Shown here: positions 19,602 through 30,676 of the stretch, piece after piece
Layout of the letters: each line of letters begins with the position of its first letter
Position numbering within the stretch: the first letter of the stretch is position 1
Notes under the pieces: model-generated
The model's database searches: none
What the model saw: only the letters and a program-made list of their open reading frames with translations
What the model was told of the DNA's origin: nothing
Position numbers and translations under genes: made by a program
Source: Longimicrobiales bacterium
GTDB lineage: Bacteria > Gemmatimonadota > Gemmatimonadetes > Longimicrobiales > Gaopeijiaceae
DNA length: 64,000 nt
Direction of reading: 5' to 3'
Assembly (NCBI GenBank): GCA_965249725.1
Contig: CBDFMQ010000001.1
Span: 320,001 to 384,000 of the forward strand

Positions 19602-20590
19602 GCACCCCCTATTACGCGAGCCTGCTGAGTTACTCGAACCGCATCGACCTCTTTCGGCGCGCGATCGAGGAGGCCGTGAGACCCGGCGACCGAGTGCTTG
19701 ATGTCGGAACGGGCCTGGGGACGTTCGGCTTCTTCGCGGCGCAGTCGGGGGCCGAGCGTGTGGTGGCCGTCGACTCGAGCCCGGTAGTCCACCTCGCGGA
19801 GACTCTGGCTTCGGCGAACGGGCTGGCTGACCGGATTGAGTTCGTTCGGGGCTCCCTTCCGGGTGCGCCCATCCAGGGGGAGTTCGACGTCATCATCTTC
19901 GAGGACTTCCCGACGCCGTTCCTCGACCACTCCACATTCGGTCTGCTCAAGACTCTGCAGGAGGAACATCTCGCGCCCGGTGGCAGGGTGCTTCCCCGAT
20001 CGGCTCGCATGTGCCTGGCGCCGGTGCAGTCACATTCCGTATGGAACGAGACGTTTCCCTTGGACGCACAAGGGCACGAGCGCTGGGATCTGGATTGGAC
20101 CGGCATCCGGCCCTTCCTGGCCAATACGCCCCGGCAGCTCAGCCTGAGGCCTGAGGACATACAGGGAGAAGTGGTATTTGGACCCTCCTTGCCGCTGCAG
20201 CCGGTGCCCACGGCTCCGGAGCTTCGGGTAGAGGGGAGCTGGGATGGCGGGGAGCCTGGAGTTGTCCACGGGCTGGCACTGTGGTTCGACCTCGAGATAC
20301 ACGCAGGTGGGTGGATCTCCAACGGCCCGCGGCCGGATACGGAGCCCTGGGGGCAGTGGTTCCTGCCCGTCGACCGGCCGCTCGAGGTAGGTGCGGGACA
20401 AACGCTGCAGGCCTCCGTTTGGCGGGAGGCCTTGGAGCACGGGGCCCCCGGGTGGACGGGGTGGGAGTGCCGGGTCGAGGGTGAGGTGAGGAAGGGCCAT
20501 GAGTTCGCGGGGATGGTCGTTGGCGTCCAGGACTTGACGGACCCAGTGACGGACCCAGTGACGGAACGTGGTAGCGGAGACACCCCGTAG
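19598..20590 (+). CDS. SAM-dependent methyltransferase with PRMT-like architecture
   Basis: R...F..AI....PGDRVLDVGTGLG..AAQSGAERVVAVD, followed by a beta-barrel-like C-domain (VHGLALWFDL..ISNGP..WGQWFLP). Confidence 0.8.
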   Translation: MSTPYYASLLSYSNRIDLFRRAIEEAVRPGDRVLDVGTGLGTFGFFAAQSGAERVVAVDSSPVVHLAETLASANGLADRIEFVRGSLPGAPIQGEFDVIIFEDFPTPFLDHSTFGLLKTLQEEHLAPGGRVLPRSARMCLAPVQSHSVWNETFPLDAQGHERWDLDWTGIRPFLANTPRQLSLRPEDIQGEVVFGPSLPLQPVPTAPELRVEGSWDGGEPGVVHGLALWFDLEIHAGGWISNGPRPDTEPWGQWFLPVDRPLEVGAGQTLQASVWREALEHGAPGWTGWECRVEGEVRKGHEFAGMVVGVQDLTDPVTDPVTERGSGDTP

Positions 20591-20624
20591 CTCCGCGGAC
20601 CGTCCTTTGGCGATGCCCCCAAGG

Positions 20625-20654
20625 TTGACATCCACTCCAGAGTCGGCCGACCTT
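20625..20654 (+). promoter_or_regulatory. Possible promoter for the peptide gene
   Basis: Perfect -35 TTGACA; only a weak -10 (GACCTT at 18 nt spacing). Confidence 0.35.
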
Positions 20655-20723
20655 TGAGAATGGCGCCTGTCCCTAGAAGAGGGGGGCGCCAAACAGTTCT
20701 TGATCCCGTGGGGGAGAGAGTCA

Positions 20724-20936
20724 TTGGACGACCGACGTAGGTTCCTACTCAAGGTGGCGGCGGGTGTCACGTATGCCACGCCGGTGATCCGCACGATGGC
20801 CGCCCCACCCGCGCTCACGGCCCAGGTCACCGGAAAGATGATGATGGGCATGGGCATGGGCATGCTTATCATCGCGCCGCCGCCACCCTCTCCTACGACG
20901 AGTACTGCCCCCTGGGCGAAGAGGCCCCCGGGTTAG
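20724..20936 (+). CDS. Putative RiPP precursor peptide (~70 aa)
   Basis: TTG start after GGGGAGAGAG (alternative start 20700); MDDRRRFLLKVAAGVTYATPVIRTMAAPPALTA-QVTGKMMMGMGMGMLIIAPPPPSPTTSTAPWAKRPPG; co-oriented downstream of the RRE gene. Confidence 0.7.
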   Translation: MDDRRRFLLKVAAGVTYATPVIRTMAAPPALTAQVTGKMMMGMGMGMLIIAPPPPSPTTSTAPWAKRPPG

Positions 20937-21052
20937 CTTCCAGAAGCTCGCCGCACGGCCGCATTTGATCACCCTTCCGCTCCCCTGAGGCATCTGCTCT
21001 CGCGGACCCGCAAGCCCCCGGCTGGAGCGGGTTTTCCGGGTGCTCGAACCCG

Positions 21053-21081
21053 TTGACACCCCCCTAAGCCTCTTTTAACTT
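21053..21081 (+). promoter_or_regulatory. sigma70 promoter of the str operon
   Basis: TTGACA-17nt-TAACTT upstream of rpsL. Confidence 0.75.
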
Positions 21082-21204
21082 TCCAAGTCTTTCCCGGAGA
21101 TGCGCCGACGCGTCGGTGACTCCGGCTCCTAAACCGCGCTAAAACCCGCGCCAGGAAGGCGCGCAATGAAGCGCGTTTTTTTGACGACATGAACCTGGGC
21201 TGAC

Positions 21205-21576
21205 ATGCCTACGATCAACCAACTCGTTCGCAAGGGACGTCGCGAACTTCAGAAGAAGAACAAGTCCCCTGCGTTGCAGAAGAATCCTCAGAAGAGGGGC
21301 GTTTGCACACGTGTATACACCACCACACCCAAGAAGCCGAATTCCGCGCTGCGGAAGGTGGCCAGGGTGCGGCTCACGAACGGGTACGAAGTCACGTCGT
21401 ACATCGGTGGAGAGGGACACAACCTCCAGGAGCACTCGATCGTGCTCATCCGAGGGGGCCGGGTGAAGGACCTGCCCGGCGTGCGGTACCACGTCGTCCG
21501 GGGAACCCTGGACGCATCAGGTGTCAGCGATCGGCGACAGGGTCGGTCGAAGTACGGCGCCAAGAGACCTAAGTAG
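21205..21576 (+). CDS. rpsL: 30S ribosomal protein S12
   Basis: [31 protein letters not shown]. Confidence 0.99.
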   Translation: MPTINQLVRKGRRELQKKNKSPALQKNPQKRGVCTRVYTTTPKKPNSALRKVARVRLTNGYEVTSYIGGEGHNLQEHSIVLIRGGRVKDLPGVRYHVVRGTLDASGVSDRRQGRSKYGAKRPK

Positions 21577-21586
21577 CGGATAGAGA

Positions 21587-22057
21587 ATGAGTCGTCGCAC
21601 AAGGGCAGTTCGCCGGGAACTCACCCCAGATCCGAGATATGATTCGACCGAGGTGACGAAGTTCATCAACAACCTCATGGTCGATGGGAAGAAGTCCCTG
21701 GCTGAAAAGATATTCTACGGGGCTCTGGATATCTGCGAGGAGCGTTCGGGCCAACCTGGTCTGAACATCTTCTCGCAGGCGCTCACCAACGCGAAGCCCG
21801 CGCTCGAGGTTAAGAGCCGGCGCGTAGGTGGTGCCACATACCAGGTTCCGATCGAGGTCCGGCCTGATCGCCGGGCCGCACTAGCGAGCCGCTGGCTCAT
21901 CAGCTTCTCCCGCAATCGTGGGGAAAAGACGATGGCCGAACGACTCGCGTTTGAATTCCTGGCAGCTAGCCGGGGTGAGGGCGCAACTATCAAGAAAAAG
22001 GACGACATACATCGGATGGCGGAGGCGAACAAGGCGTTCGCCCACTATCGCTGGTAG
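21587..22057 (+). CDS. rpsG: 30S ribosomal protein S7
   Basis: [26 protein letters not shown]. Confidence 0.99.
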   Translation: MSRRTRAVRRELTPDPRYDSTEVTKFINNLMVDGKKSLAEKIFYGALDICEERSGQPGLNIFSQALTNAKPALEVKSRRVGGATYQVPIEVRPDRRAALASRWLISFSRNRGEKTMAERLAFEFLAASRGEGATIKKKDDIHRMAEANKAFAHYRW

Positions 22058-22325
22058 TCAAAATCCGCTTGAGCCCCAGGTGCCGCTGAACGAGGCCTGG
22101 TAAGAGCTCAACCCTGTTGTCTCGCGCATGTAGCGTCGGGGCACGAAGCGCGGAGGCTGCCGGTGTAAGGCTACGGCAGCCAGACAGAAGGGCGCGCTTT
22201 CTGCTTCAGAATCGCTCGTGCGCTTTTTTTTCCGCCGAAGGGTGTGGTCCGACGACGTCGGCATGTTGGACGTCGACAATGGGAATCAACTGAAGGAAAG
22301 AGTCCGAGAGACGGAATAGAGATAG

Positions 22326-24425
22326 ATGTCCAGACGTACACCCCTGAAGGACCTGAGAAATATCGGCATCATGGCCCACATCGATGCCGGTAAGACGACT
22401 ACGACCGAGCGCGTCCTGTACTATACGGGTCGACTGCATCGGGTCGGTGAGGTTCATGAGGGCGCTGCCACCATGGACTGGATGGAGCAGGAGCAGGAAC
22501 GCGGGATCACCATCACCTCGGCTGCCACGACCTGCCAGTGGGAGCGCAACGAGACCGAGTATCGCATCAACATCATCGATACTCCCGGTCACGTGGACTT
22601 CACCGCCGAGGTCGAGCGCTCGCTCCGAGTCCTCGATGGTGCGGTTGCCGTCTTCTGCGCCGTGGGTGGCGTGGAGCCTCAGTCCGAGACAGTCTGGCGA
22701 CAGGCCGACCGATACGGGGTCCCTCGAATTGCCCTGGTCAACAAAATGGACCGAGTCGGCGCCGATTTCGAGAATGTCCTCGGAATGATGCGCGAGAGAC
22801 TCGGAGCCAACGCCTTCGCCGTCCAGTATCCCCTCGGCGAAGGCGATCTTTTTACGGGTATCATCGACATCGTGGGCCAGAAGGCGCTGCACTATCAGGA
22901 GGAGCTGGGTTCCGAGGTGACCGAGGGCCCCGTACCGGATTCCCTGACCGAGAAGATCGCGGAACTCCGGCACGAGATCATGGAAGCTGCGGTCGAGCAC
23001 GACGACGAACTGCTCGAGAAGTACTTGGGAGGCGAGGAGCTCACCGAGGACGAGCTCCGCAAGGCGATCCGCAGCGCTACCATCTCCGGCAAGCTGTTCC
23101 CGGTCTTCTGTGGCTCGGCGTTCAAGAACAAGGGCGTTCGGGCGATGCTGGACGGCGTGATCGACTATCTGCCGTCCCCGCTCGATGTGCCTCCGATCCA
23201 GGGTCACCTTCCCCAGCACGACGAGACCCACGAGTTCCGGGAGGCATCGGACGACGCCCCGTTCAGCGCGCTGGCGTTCAAGATCATGACCGACCCGTTT
23301 GTCGGGAAGCTCACGTACGTCCGGGTCTATTCGGGTTCGCTCCCGTCGGGCAGTTATGTGCTCAACGCGACCAAGGATCGTAAGGAGCGCGTCGGCCGTT
23401 TGCTCCAGATGCATGCGAACAAGCGGGAGGAGCGAGAAGAGGTCTTCGCGGGCGACATTGCCGCCGTGGTCGGTCTCAAAGACGTGAAGACAGGACACAC
23501 CCTCTGTCACCCGGATTCTCCGATCATTCTCGAGGCGATGAATTTCCCCGAGCCGGTGATCGCGGTGGCCATCGAGCCGAAGACCAGGGCCGATCAGGAC
23601 AAACTGACCGCAGGGCTGGTCAAGTTGGCCGACGAAGATCCGACTTTCCGTGTACGCACGGACGAGGAGACGTCGCAAACCATCATCAGCGGCATGGGTG
23701 AGCTCCACCTGGAGATCATCGTGGACCGGTTGCGCAGAGAGTTCAGTGTGGAGGCCAACATCGGTCGCCCGCAGGTCTCCTACCGCGAGACCATCCGAAC
23801 CCGCTCCGAGAAGGTCGAGGGCAAGTTCGTCCGGCAGTCAGGTGGACGAGGCCAGTACGGACACGTGGTCATCAACGTCGAGCCGTCGGGGGCGGGCATC
23901 GGGTTCGTCTTCGAGGACAAGATCAAGGGTGGCACGATCCCCAGGGAGTACATCAGCTCCGTGGAGCAGGGGGTCAAGGAAGCTCTCGAGACCGGCATCC
24001 TGGCCGGCTATCCCGTCATCGACGTGAAGGTCGAGCTCATCGACGGGTCCTATCACGACGTGGACTCGAGCGAGATGGCCTTCAAGATCGCCGGCTCCAT
24101 GGCGATCAAGAACGGCATCAAGAAGTCCAAGCCCGTGCTCCTGGAGCCCGTCATGGACGTCGAAGTCGTGACGCCCCATGACTACATGGGCGACATCATT
24201 GGCGACCTGTCTTCCCGTAGAGGCAAAATCGGCGGGATGACGGACCGGGGCGATGCCCAGGTCATCGGGGCCAGCGTGCCCTTGGGCGAGATGTTCGGAT
24301 ACGCCACGACCCTCCGCTCGCTGAGCCAGGGCCGGGCCGTGTACACGATGCAGTTCGCCCAGTACGAAGAGGTACCCAAGAACGCTGCAGAGGAAATCAT
24401 CAACGCCAACGGCGGTGGCGACTAA
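22326..24425 (+). CDS. fusA: Elongation factor G
   Basis: [24 protein letters not shown]. Confidence 0.99.
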   Translation: MSRRTPLKDLRNIGIMAHIDAGKTTTTERVLYYTGRLHRVGEVHEGAATMDWMEQEQERGITITSAATTCQWERNETEYRINIIDTPGHVDFTAEVERSLRVLDGAVAVFCAVGGVEPQSETVWRQADRYGVPRIALVNKMDRVGADFENVLGMMRERLGANAFAVQYPLGEGDLFTGIIDIVGQKALHYQEELGSEVTEGPVPDSLTEKIAELRHEIMEAAVEHDDELLEKYLGGEELTEDELRKAIRSATISGKLFPVFCGSAFKNKGVRAMLDGVIDYLPSPLDVPPIQGHLPQHDETHEFREASDDAPFSALAFKIMTDPFVGKLTYVRVYSGSLPSGSYVLNATKDRKERVGRLLQMHANKREEREEVFAGDIAAVVGLKDVKTGHTLCHPDSPIILEAMNFPEPVIAVAIEPKTRADQDKLTAGLVKLADEDPTFRVRTDEETSQTIISGMGELHLEIIVDRLRREFSVEANIGRPQVSYRETIRTRSEKVEGKFVRQSGGRGQYGHVVINVEPSGAGIGFVFEDKIKGGTIPREYISSVEQGVKEALETGILAGYPVIDVKVELIDGSYHDVDSSEMAFKIAGSMAIKNGIKKSKPVLLEPVMDVEVVTPHDYMGDIIGDLSSRRGKIGGMTDRGDAQVIGASVPLGEMFGYATTLRSLSQGRAVYTMQFAQYEEVPKNAAEEIINANGGGD

Positions 24426-24466
24426 CCGATCACCGGCACAGGCTAGGAAGCCTCCGAGGAAGAACC

Positions 24467-25657
<1,191 letters not shown>

Positions 25658-25669
25658 ATAGAGGAAAAG

Positions 25670-25978
25670 ATGGCAGACAGGATTCGCATCAGGCTGAAGG
25701 CCTTCGACCACTGGGTCGTGGATCAGACGGCGGCGGACATCGTGCGTACGGCGCAGAAGACGGGCGCCAGCGTGCGGGGTCCGATCCCGTTGCCCACGCG
25801 GCGCGAGCGTTGGACGGTGTTGCGCTCGCCTCACATCGACAAGAAGAGTCGCGAGCAGTTCGAGCTTCGGACGCACAAGCGGCTCATCGACATCGTCGAT
25901 AGCCGCCCGCAGACAGTCGACGCGCTGACGAAGCTCGATTTGCCTACTGGCGTAGACGTCGAAATCAAGGTCGACTAA
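25670..25978 (+). CDS. rpsJ: 30S ribosomal protein S10
   Basis: [22 protein letters not shown]. Confidence 0.98.
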   Translation: MADRIRIRLKAFDHWVVDQTAADIVRTAQKTGASVRGPIPLPTRRERWTVLRSPHIDKKSREQFELRTHKRLIDIVDSRPQTVDALTKLDLPTGVDVEIKVD

Positions 25979-26595
25979 TGCCTGGATTGATTGGAAAGAA
26001 GATCGGGATGACCCGGATCTTCGACGAGGATGGCGCGGCACAGTCCGTGACGGTCGTGGAGGCAGGGCCTTGCCCGGTGCTCCAGATCAAGAGCGACGAG
26101 ACCGACGGGTACTCCGCCGTCCAGTTGGGCTTCGGCGCCCAGAAGGACAAGCGAGGCAGCATGGCAGAAAAGGGCCATGCCGCGAAGGCCGGAGTCGACG
26201 TGGCTCCTCGCGTTGTACGTGAGTTCCCGGTGGACGAGGGCACCGAGCACGAGCTCGGACAGGCCATCACCGTCGAGGTCTTCGAGGCGGGTGACGCGGT
26301 CAAGGTGACCGGTACCTCGAAGGGGAAAGGCTTTCAGGGCGTTGTGAAGCGTTGGGGCTTCGCAGGGCGGCCGGCTTCGCACGGGCACCCGGGTTCGCGG
26401 ACTCCGGGCTCCATGGGACCCGGAACGGATCCGTCGAGAGTCATCAAGGGCAAGAAGTTGCCGGGCCGCATGGGTGGCCGAAGGGTCACGCTGGGCAACC
26501 AAAAAATCGTGAGAGTGGACGCGGAGCGTAACCTGCTCTTCATCAAGGGTGGGGTTCCGGGATCCAGAAACAGCTATCTGTTGATACAGAAGTGA
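25978..26595 (+). CDS. rplC: 50S ribosomal protein L3
   Basis: GKKIGMT, DGYSAVQLG, SKGKGFQG. Confidence 0.98.
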   Translation: MPGLIGKKIGMTRIFDEDGAAQSVTVVEAGPCPVLQIKSDETDGYSAVQLGFGAQKDKRGSMAEKGHAAKAGVDVAPRVVREFPVDEGTEHELGQAITVEVFEAGDAVKVTGTSKGKGFQGVVKRWGFAGRPASHGHPGSRTPGSMGPGTDPSRVIKGKKLPGRMGGRRVTLGNQKIVRVDAERNLLFIKGGVPGSRNSYLLIQK

Positions 26596-26598
26596 CGC

Positions 26599-27699
26599 AT
26601 GCTTAAAGCACGCTACTACCAGACTGATGGAGCCAAGGGGGGAGAGCAGAAGCTCCCCGAATGGCTCTTTGACGGCGTCGTCAACGAGGACGTCCTCCAC
26701 CAGGTGATCAAGGCCTACCTGTCGAATCAGCGACAGGGGACGGCGGCGGCCAAGTCCCGCGGACAGGTTGCCGGCGGTGCGGCTAAGCCCTGGAAACAGA
26801 AGGGAACCGGTCGCGCCCGTGCAGGAACGATCCGGGCCGCACAGTGGGCCGGGGGCGGCGTGGCCTTCCCTCCGATCCCCCACTCGTGGCGGCAACGGGT
26901 GCCCAAGAAGGTACGGGCCCTCGCCCGCCGGTCCGCGTTCAACACGCGAGCCCAGGGTGAGCGCGTGGTCCTGGTGGACTCCATCGACTTCGAGGCTCCC
27001 AAGACCAAGCAGTTGTTGGCCTTTCTCGCGGCCATCGGCGCGGAGGGAAAGACCCTCGTGCTGACGGACGGCGCCAAGGACAACGTCCACCTTTCGGCGC
27101 GCAACCTGCCGAACGTGGAGACGCGTCCCTTCGGCCAGGAGTCCGCGTACGACATTCTGTGGGCCAACGTCGTGGTCATCGAGAAGGCCGCTCTGGACGC
27201 GGCCGAGCCGTCTGAGGCCGACCGCGAGGCGACGGCGACCAAGGGTCGCGGTGAGGAGCCGGAGGTGCGGGGCCGCGAGCGCGACGCCATAGCGGCCCAG
27301 GCCGAGCGCAGGAAGGCTCGCATGGGCCACAAGAAGACGGCGAAGCCAGTGGCGAAGCCAGTGGCCAAGGCGGCCGCTCCAAAGGCGAAGGCCAAGGCCG
27401 ACGTCGAAGAGGCGAAGCCCAAGGTCGAGACGAAACCGAAGGCCGAGGCGAAGCCCAAGGTAGAGAAGGAAGCTGCGCCCAAGGCGGAGAAGCCCGCCGA
27501 GGCCGCACCGGCCGACGCGGCTGCCGTGAAGCCGCCCAAGGTCGGGGAGTTGGCTGACTTCCTAGCCAACATCGACTCGGCCGACGACGTGAAGGCGCTC
27601 AAGGCCGCCGACAGCCGGAAGACGGCCCAGGCCCACTATGATGCGCGCCTGCTCGAGCTTTCGGGCGGAGCCGACGAGGAGGGTGGCGACGATGCGTGA
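26599..27699 (+). CDS. rplD: 50S ribosomal protein L4 with a long C-terminal extension
   Basis: RQGT..K.R, KPWKQKGTGRARAG; 366 aa in total. Confidence 0.95.
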   Translation: MLKARYYQTDGAKGGEQKLPEWLFDGVVNEDVLHQVIKAYLSNQRQGTAAAKSRGQVAGGAAKPWKQKGTGRARAGTIRAAQWAGGGVAFPPIPHSWRQRVPKKVRALARRSAFNTRAQGERVVLVDSIDFEAPKTKQLLAFLAAIGAEGKTLVLTDGAKDNVHLSARNLPNVETRPFGQESAYDILWANVVVIEKAALDAAEPSEADREATATKGRGEEPEVRGRERDAIAAQAERRKARMGHKKTAKPVAKPVAKAAAPKAKAKADVEEAKPKVETKPKAEAKPKVEKEAAPKAEKPAEAAPADAAAVKPPKVGELADFLANIDSADDVKALKAADSRKTAQAHYDARLLELSGGADEEGGDDA

Positions 27700-28003
27700 C
27701 GTGTACGACGTGATCTACTCGCCGGTCGTCTCCGAGAAGTCCGCACAGGCCATCGATGAACGCAACGTCTACACCTTCATCGTGAACAGGAACGCGAACA
27801 AGATCGAGATCGCCAAGGCCGTCGAAAAGCTTTGGGACGTGCAGGTCAGTCACGTTCGCACCATGCGATATGCCGGGAAGTCCAAGCGTGCCCTGATGGG
27901 CCGCATGTCCCGGAATCCGAACTACGGACGGCGCCCCGCCTTCAAGAAGGCGGTGGTTCAGCTAGCCGAAGGCGACCACATCGAGTTCTACGAGGTCGGA
28001 TAA
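27692..28003 (+). CDS. rplW: 50S ribosomal protein L23
   Basis: PVVSEKS, ANKIEIAKAVE, FKKAVVQL. Confidence 0.96.
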   Translation: MRDVYDVIYSPVVSEKSAQAIDERNVYTFIVNRNANKIEIAKAVEKLWDVQVSHVRTMRYAGKSKRALMGRMSRNPNYGRRPAFKKAVVQLAEGDHIEFYEVG

Positions 28004-28009
28004 CCAACT

Positions 28010-28852
28010 ATGGCTATCAAGAAATTCAAGCCGGTTACTCCGGGAATGCGCTTTCGCTCCATCATCGACAACTCCGACATCCTCACGAAGAAGGATCCGG
28101 AGAAGTCGCTGATGGGGCCGTTGAAGAAGTCGGGTGGGCGGAATCACCACGGGAGGATCACCTCTCGGCGCCGGGGTGGCGGCCACAAGCGCCGTTATCG
28201 CCGGATCGATTTCCGACGCAACAAGACGGGCATTCCCGGTAAGGTCGCTGCCATCGAGTACGATCCGAACCGGAGTTCGAACATTGCATTGATCCACTAC
28301 GTGGACGGCGAGAAGCGGTACATCGTGCATCCGCGGGGCCTGCAGGTAGGCACCACGATCGTGTCGGGACCCGACGCGGACATCCGGGTCGGCAACGCAC
28401 TGCCTCTCGGGAAGATCCCGTTGGGCACGGTGGTTCACAACATCGAGTTGAAGCCGGGTAAGGGCGGTCAGATGGCGCGTTCGGCGGGAGCCGGCGTGCA
28501 GATCGTCGCCAAGGAAGGGAAGTACGTCGCCTTGCGGCTGCCTTCGACGGAGGTCCGGCAGGTGCTCAATACCTGCATGGCCACCATCGGACAGGTGGGG
28601 AACATCGAGTACAACCTCCAGACCATCGGTAAGGCCGGCGCGAATCGCTGGCGCGGCAAGCGCCCCGAGGTCCGCGGTGTGGCCATGAACCCGGTCGATC
28701 ACCCGCTGGGTGGTGGTGAGGGTAGGGCTTCCGGCGGACGTCCTCCGGTGACGCCCTGGGGCAAGCGCGAGGGGACGAAGACCCGCAAGAGGAAGAAGCA
28801 GTCGAACAAGTACATCATCCGCGGACGCAAGCGGGGCAAGGCTACACAGTGA
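28010..28852 (+). CDS. rplB: 50S ribosomal protein L2
   Basis: [18 protein letters not shown]. Confidence 0.99.
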   Translation: MAIKKFKPVTPGMRFRSIIDNSDILTKKDPEKSLMGPLKKSGGRNHHGRITSRRRGGGHKRRYRRIDFRRNKTGIPGKVAAIEYDPNRSSNIALIHYVDGEKRYIVHPRGLQVGTTIVSGPDADIRVGNALPLGKIPLGTVVHNIELKPGKGGQMARSAGAGVQIVAKEGKYVALRLPSTEVRQVLNTCMATIGQVGNIEYNLQTIGKAGANRWRGKRPEVRGVAMNPVDHPLGGGEGRASGGRPPVTPWGKREGTKTRKRKKQSNKYIIRGRKRGKATQ

Positions 28853-28876
28853 TGTCCCTTAGCAGAGGTCGGTTAT

Positions 28877-29164
28877 ATGCCGCGTAGTGTAAAGAAGGGC
28901 CCGTTTATCAACGAGAAGCTCCTCCTGAAGGTCGAGGTCATGAACTCCCGTGGCGAGAAGAAGGTCATCAAGACCTGGGCGCGGGCTTCGACGATCTCTC
29001 CGGACTTCGTGGGACACACGATCGCCGTGCACAACGGGAATAAGTTCATTCCCGTTTACATCACGGAAAACATGGTAGGCCACAAGCTCGGCGAATTCTC
29101 TCCCACCAGGCTCTTCAGGGGTCACAGTGGAAGACTCGCCGACAAGCGGTCCTCGGTGGGGTAG
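28877..29164 (+). CDS. rpsS: 30S ribosomal protein S19
   Basis: [19 protein letters not shown]. Confidence 0.98.
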   Translation: MPRSVKKGPFINEKLLLKVEVMNSRGEKKVIKTWARASTISPDFVGHTIAVHNGNKFIPVYITENMVGHKLGEFSPTRLFRGHSGRLADKRSSVG

Positions 29165-29171
29165 GCGAGAG

Positions 29172-29528
29172 ATGGAAATGCAAGCAAAGGCGATTGCTCG
29201 CCACGTACGGATGAGCCCGCGGAAGATTCGCTTGGTCGTGGATCAGATTCGCGGAAAGTCGGTCAATGAGGCGTATGCGATCCTTCGGTTCTCGAAGAAG
29301 GCCGCCGCGGACCCGGTGAGTAAGACACTGCGCTCCGCCGTGGCGAACGCCCAGAACAAGGCGCAGGACCATGGCGACGTTCTGGACGTGGACGAGTTGG
29401 CGGTGGCTACCGCGTTCGTCGACGAGGGCCCGACCCTGAAGCGTTGGATGGCCCGGGCCATGGGTCGTGCCGGCCGCATCAACAAGCGGACCAGCCACAT
29501 CACTGTAGTTGTGGATACCAAGGAATAA
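29172..29528 (+). CDS. rplV: 50S ribosomal protein L22
   Basis: [22 protein letters not shown]. Confidence 0.97.
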   Translation: MEMQAKAIARHVRMSPRKIRLVVDQIRGKSVNEAYAILRFSKKAAADPVSKTLRSAVANAQNKAQDHGDVLDVDELAVATAFVDEGPTLKRWMARAMGRAGRINKRTSHITVVVDTKE

Positions 29529-29530
29529 GC

Positions 29531-30190
29531 ATGGGACAGAAGACTCACCCATTGGGGTTCCGTCTCGGAATCGTCAAAGACTGGAAGTCTCGCTGGTATG
29601 CCGAGCGTGACTTCCCGCGCCTTCTCAAGGAAGACGAGACGATCCGCACGTACCTCCACAGGCGCCTCGCGCATGCCGCGCTCTCCAAGGTGGAGATCGA
29701 GCGGAAGCCGTCGAAGATCGTCGTCACGCTTTTCACTGCCCGCCCCGGCGTGGTGATCGGAAAGCGTGGAGCCGAGGTCGACAAGCTGCGCGACGAGCTC
29801 GCGGTTCTGACCAAGGCCGAGATCTCCGTGAACGTAGAGGAGATCCGCAGGCCCGAGGTCGATGCCCGTTTGGTGGCCGAGAACGTAGCCCACCAGCTCC
29901 GGCAGAGGATTTCGTTCCGTCGCGCCATGAAGAGGGCGGTCCAATCCGCCATCCGAGGTGGCGCCGAGGGCATCAAGATTCAGTGCGCGGGTCGCTTGGG
30001 CGGCGCCGAGATCGCTCGTACCGAGGGATACAACGAGGGGCGCGTGCCGCTTCACACGCTGCGTGCCGATATCGACTACGCTCAGGTTGCGGCAATCACG
30101 ACGTACGGAACGGTGGGCGTGAAGTGCTGGATCTTCCGCGGCGAAGTGGTTGAAGAGCGCCGTGACCATACGTACTCCACCGGCGCCTGA
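29531..30190 (+). CDS. rpsC: 30S ribosomal protein S3
   Basis: [27 protein letters not shown]. Confidence 0.98.
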   Translation: MGQKTHPLGFRLGIVKDWKSRWYAERDFPRLLKEDETIRTYLHRRLAHAALSKVEIERKPSKIVVTLFTARPGVVIGKRGAEVDKLRDELAVLTKAEISVNVEEIRRPEVDARLVAENVAHQLRQRISFRRAMKRAVQSAIRGGAEGIKIQCAGRLGGAEIARTEGYNEGRVPLHTLRADIDYAQVAAITTYGTVGVKCWIFRGEVVEERRDHTYSTGA

Positions 30191-30236
30191 GCGCCGGCGC
30201 TTGGACACCGGTGATTCACAAGAGGATTAGAAGACG

Positions 30237-30653
30237 ATGCTAGCGCCAAAGCGCGTAAAACACCGCAAGACGCACAAGGGCCGGATGCGCGGCAAAGCGC
30301 TCCGCGGCAACAAGGTCTCGTTCGGCGAATACGGTCTCCAGACGACAGAGTGCGGCTGGATTTCGAATCGCCAGATCGAGGCCGCTCGTGTTGCCATGAC
30401 CCGCCACATCAAACGTGGTGGAAAGGTGTGGATCCGCATTTTCCCGGATAAGCCCATCACGTCCAAGCCTGCCGAGACCCGCATGGGTAAGGGTAAGGGC
30501 AACCCGGAGGGTTGGGTCGCCGTGGTGAAGCCGGGTCGAATGATGTTCGAGCTGGAGGGCGTGCCGGTGGAGATCGCAAAGCGGGCCATGAAGTTGGCCG
30601 CGGCCAAGCTGCCCGTGGCGACCCGCTTCGTCATCCGAGAGCACCAGCTCTAG
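30237..30653 (+). CDS. rplP: 50S ribosomal protein L16
   Basis: QIEAAR, RMGKGKG. Confidence 0.98.
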   Translation: MLAPKRVKHRKTHKGRMRGKALRGNKVSFGEYGLQTTECGWISNRQIEAARVAMTRHIKRGGKVWIRIFPDKPITSKPAETRMGKGKGNPEGWVAVVKPGRMMFELEGVPVEIAKRAMKLAAAKLPVATRFVIREHQL

Positions 30654-30676
30654 AACTACGAGATAGAGAAGAGACG

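Noticed and set aside
17048..21204. Mobile element or prophage status for the inserted cluster
   Set aside because: No integrase, transposase, att-like direct repeats or phage genes were seen.
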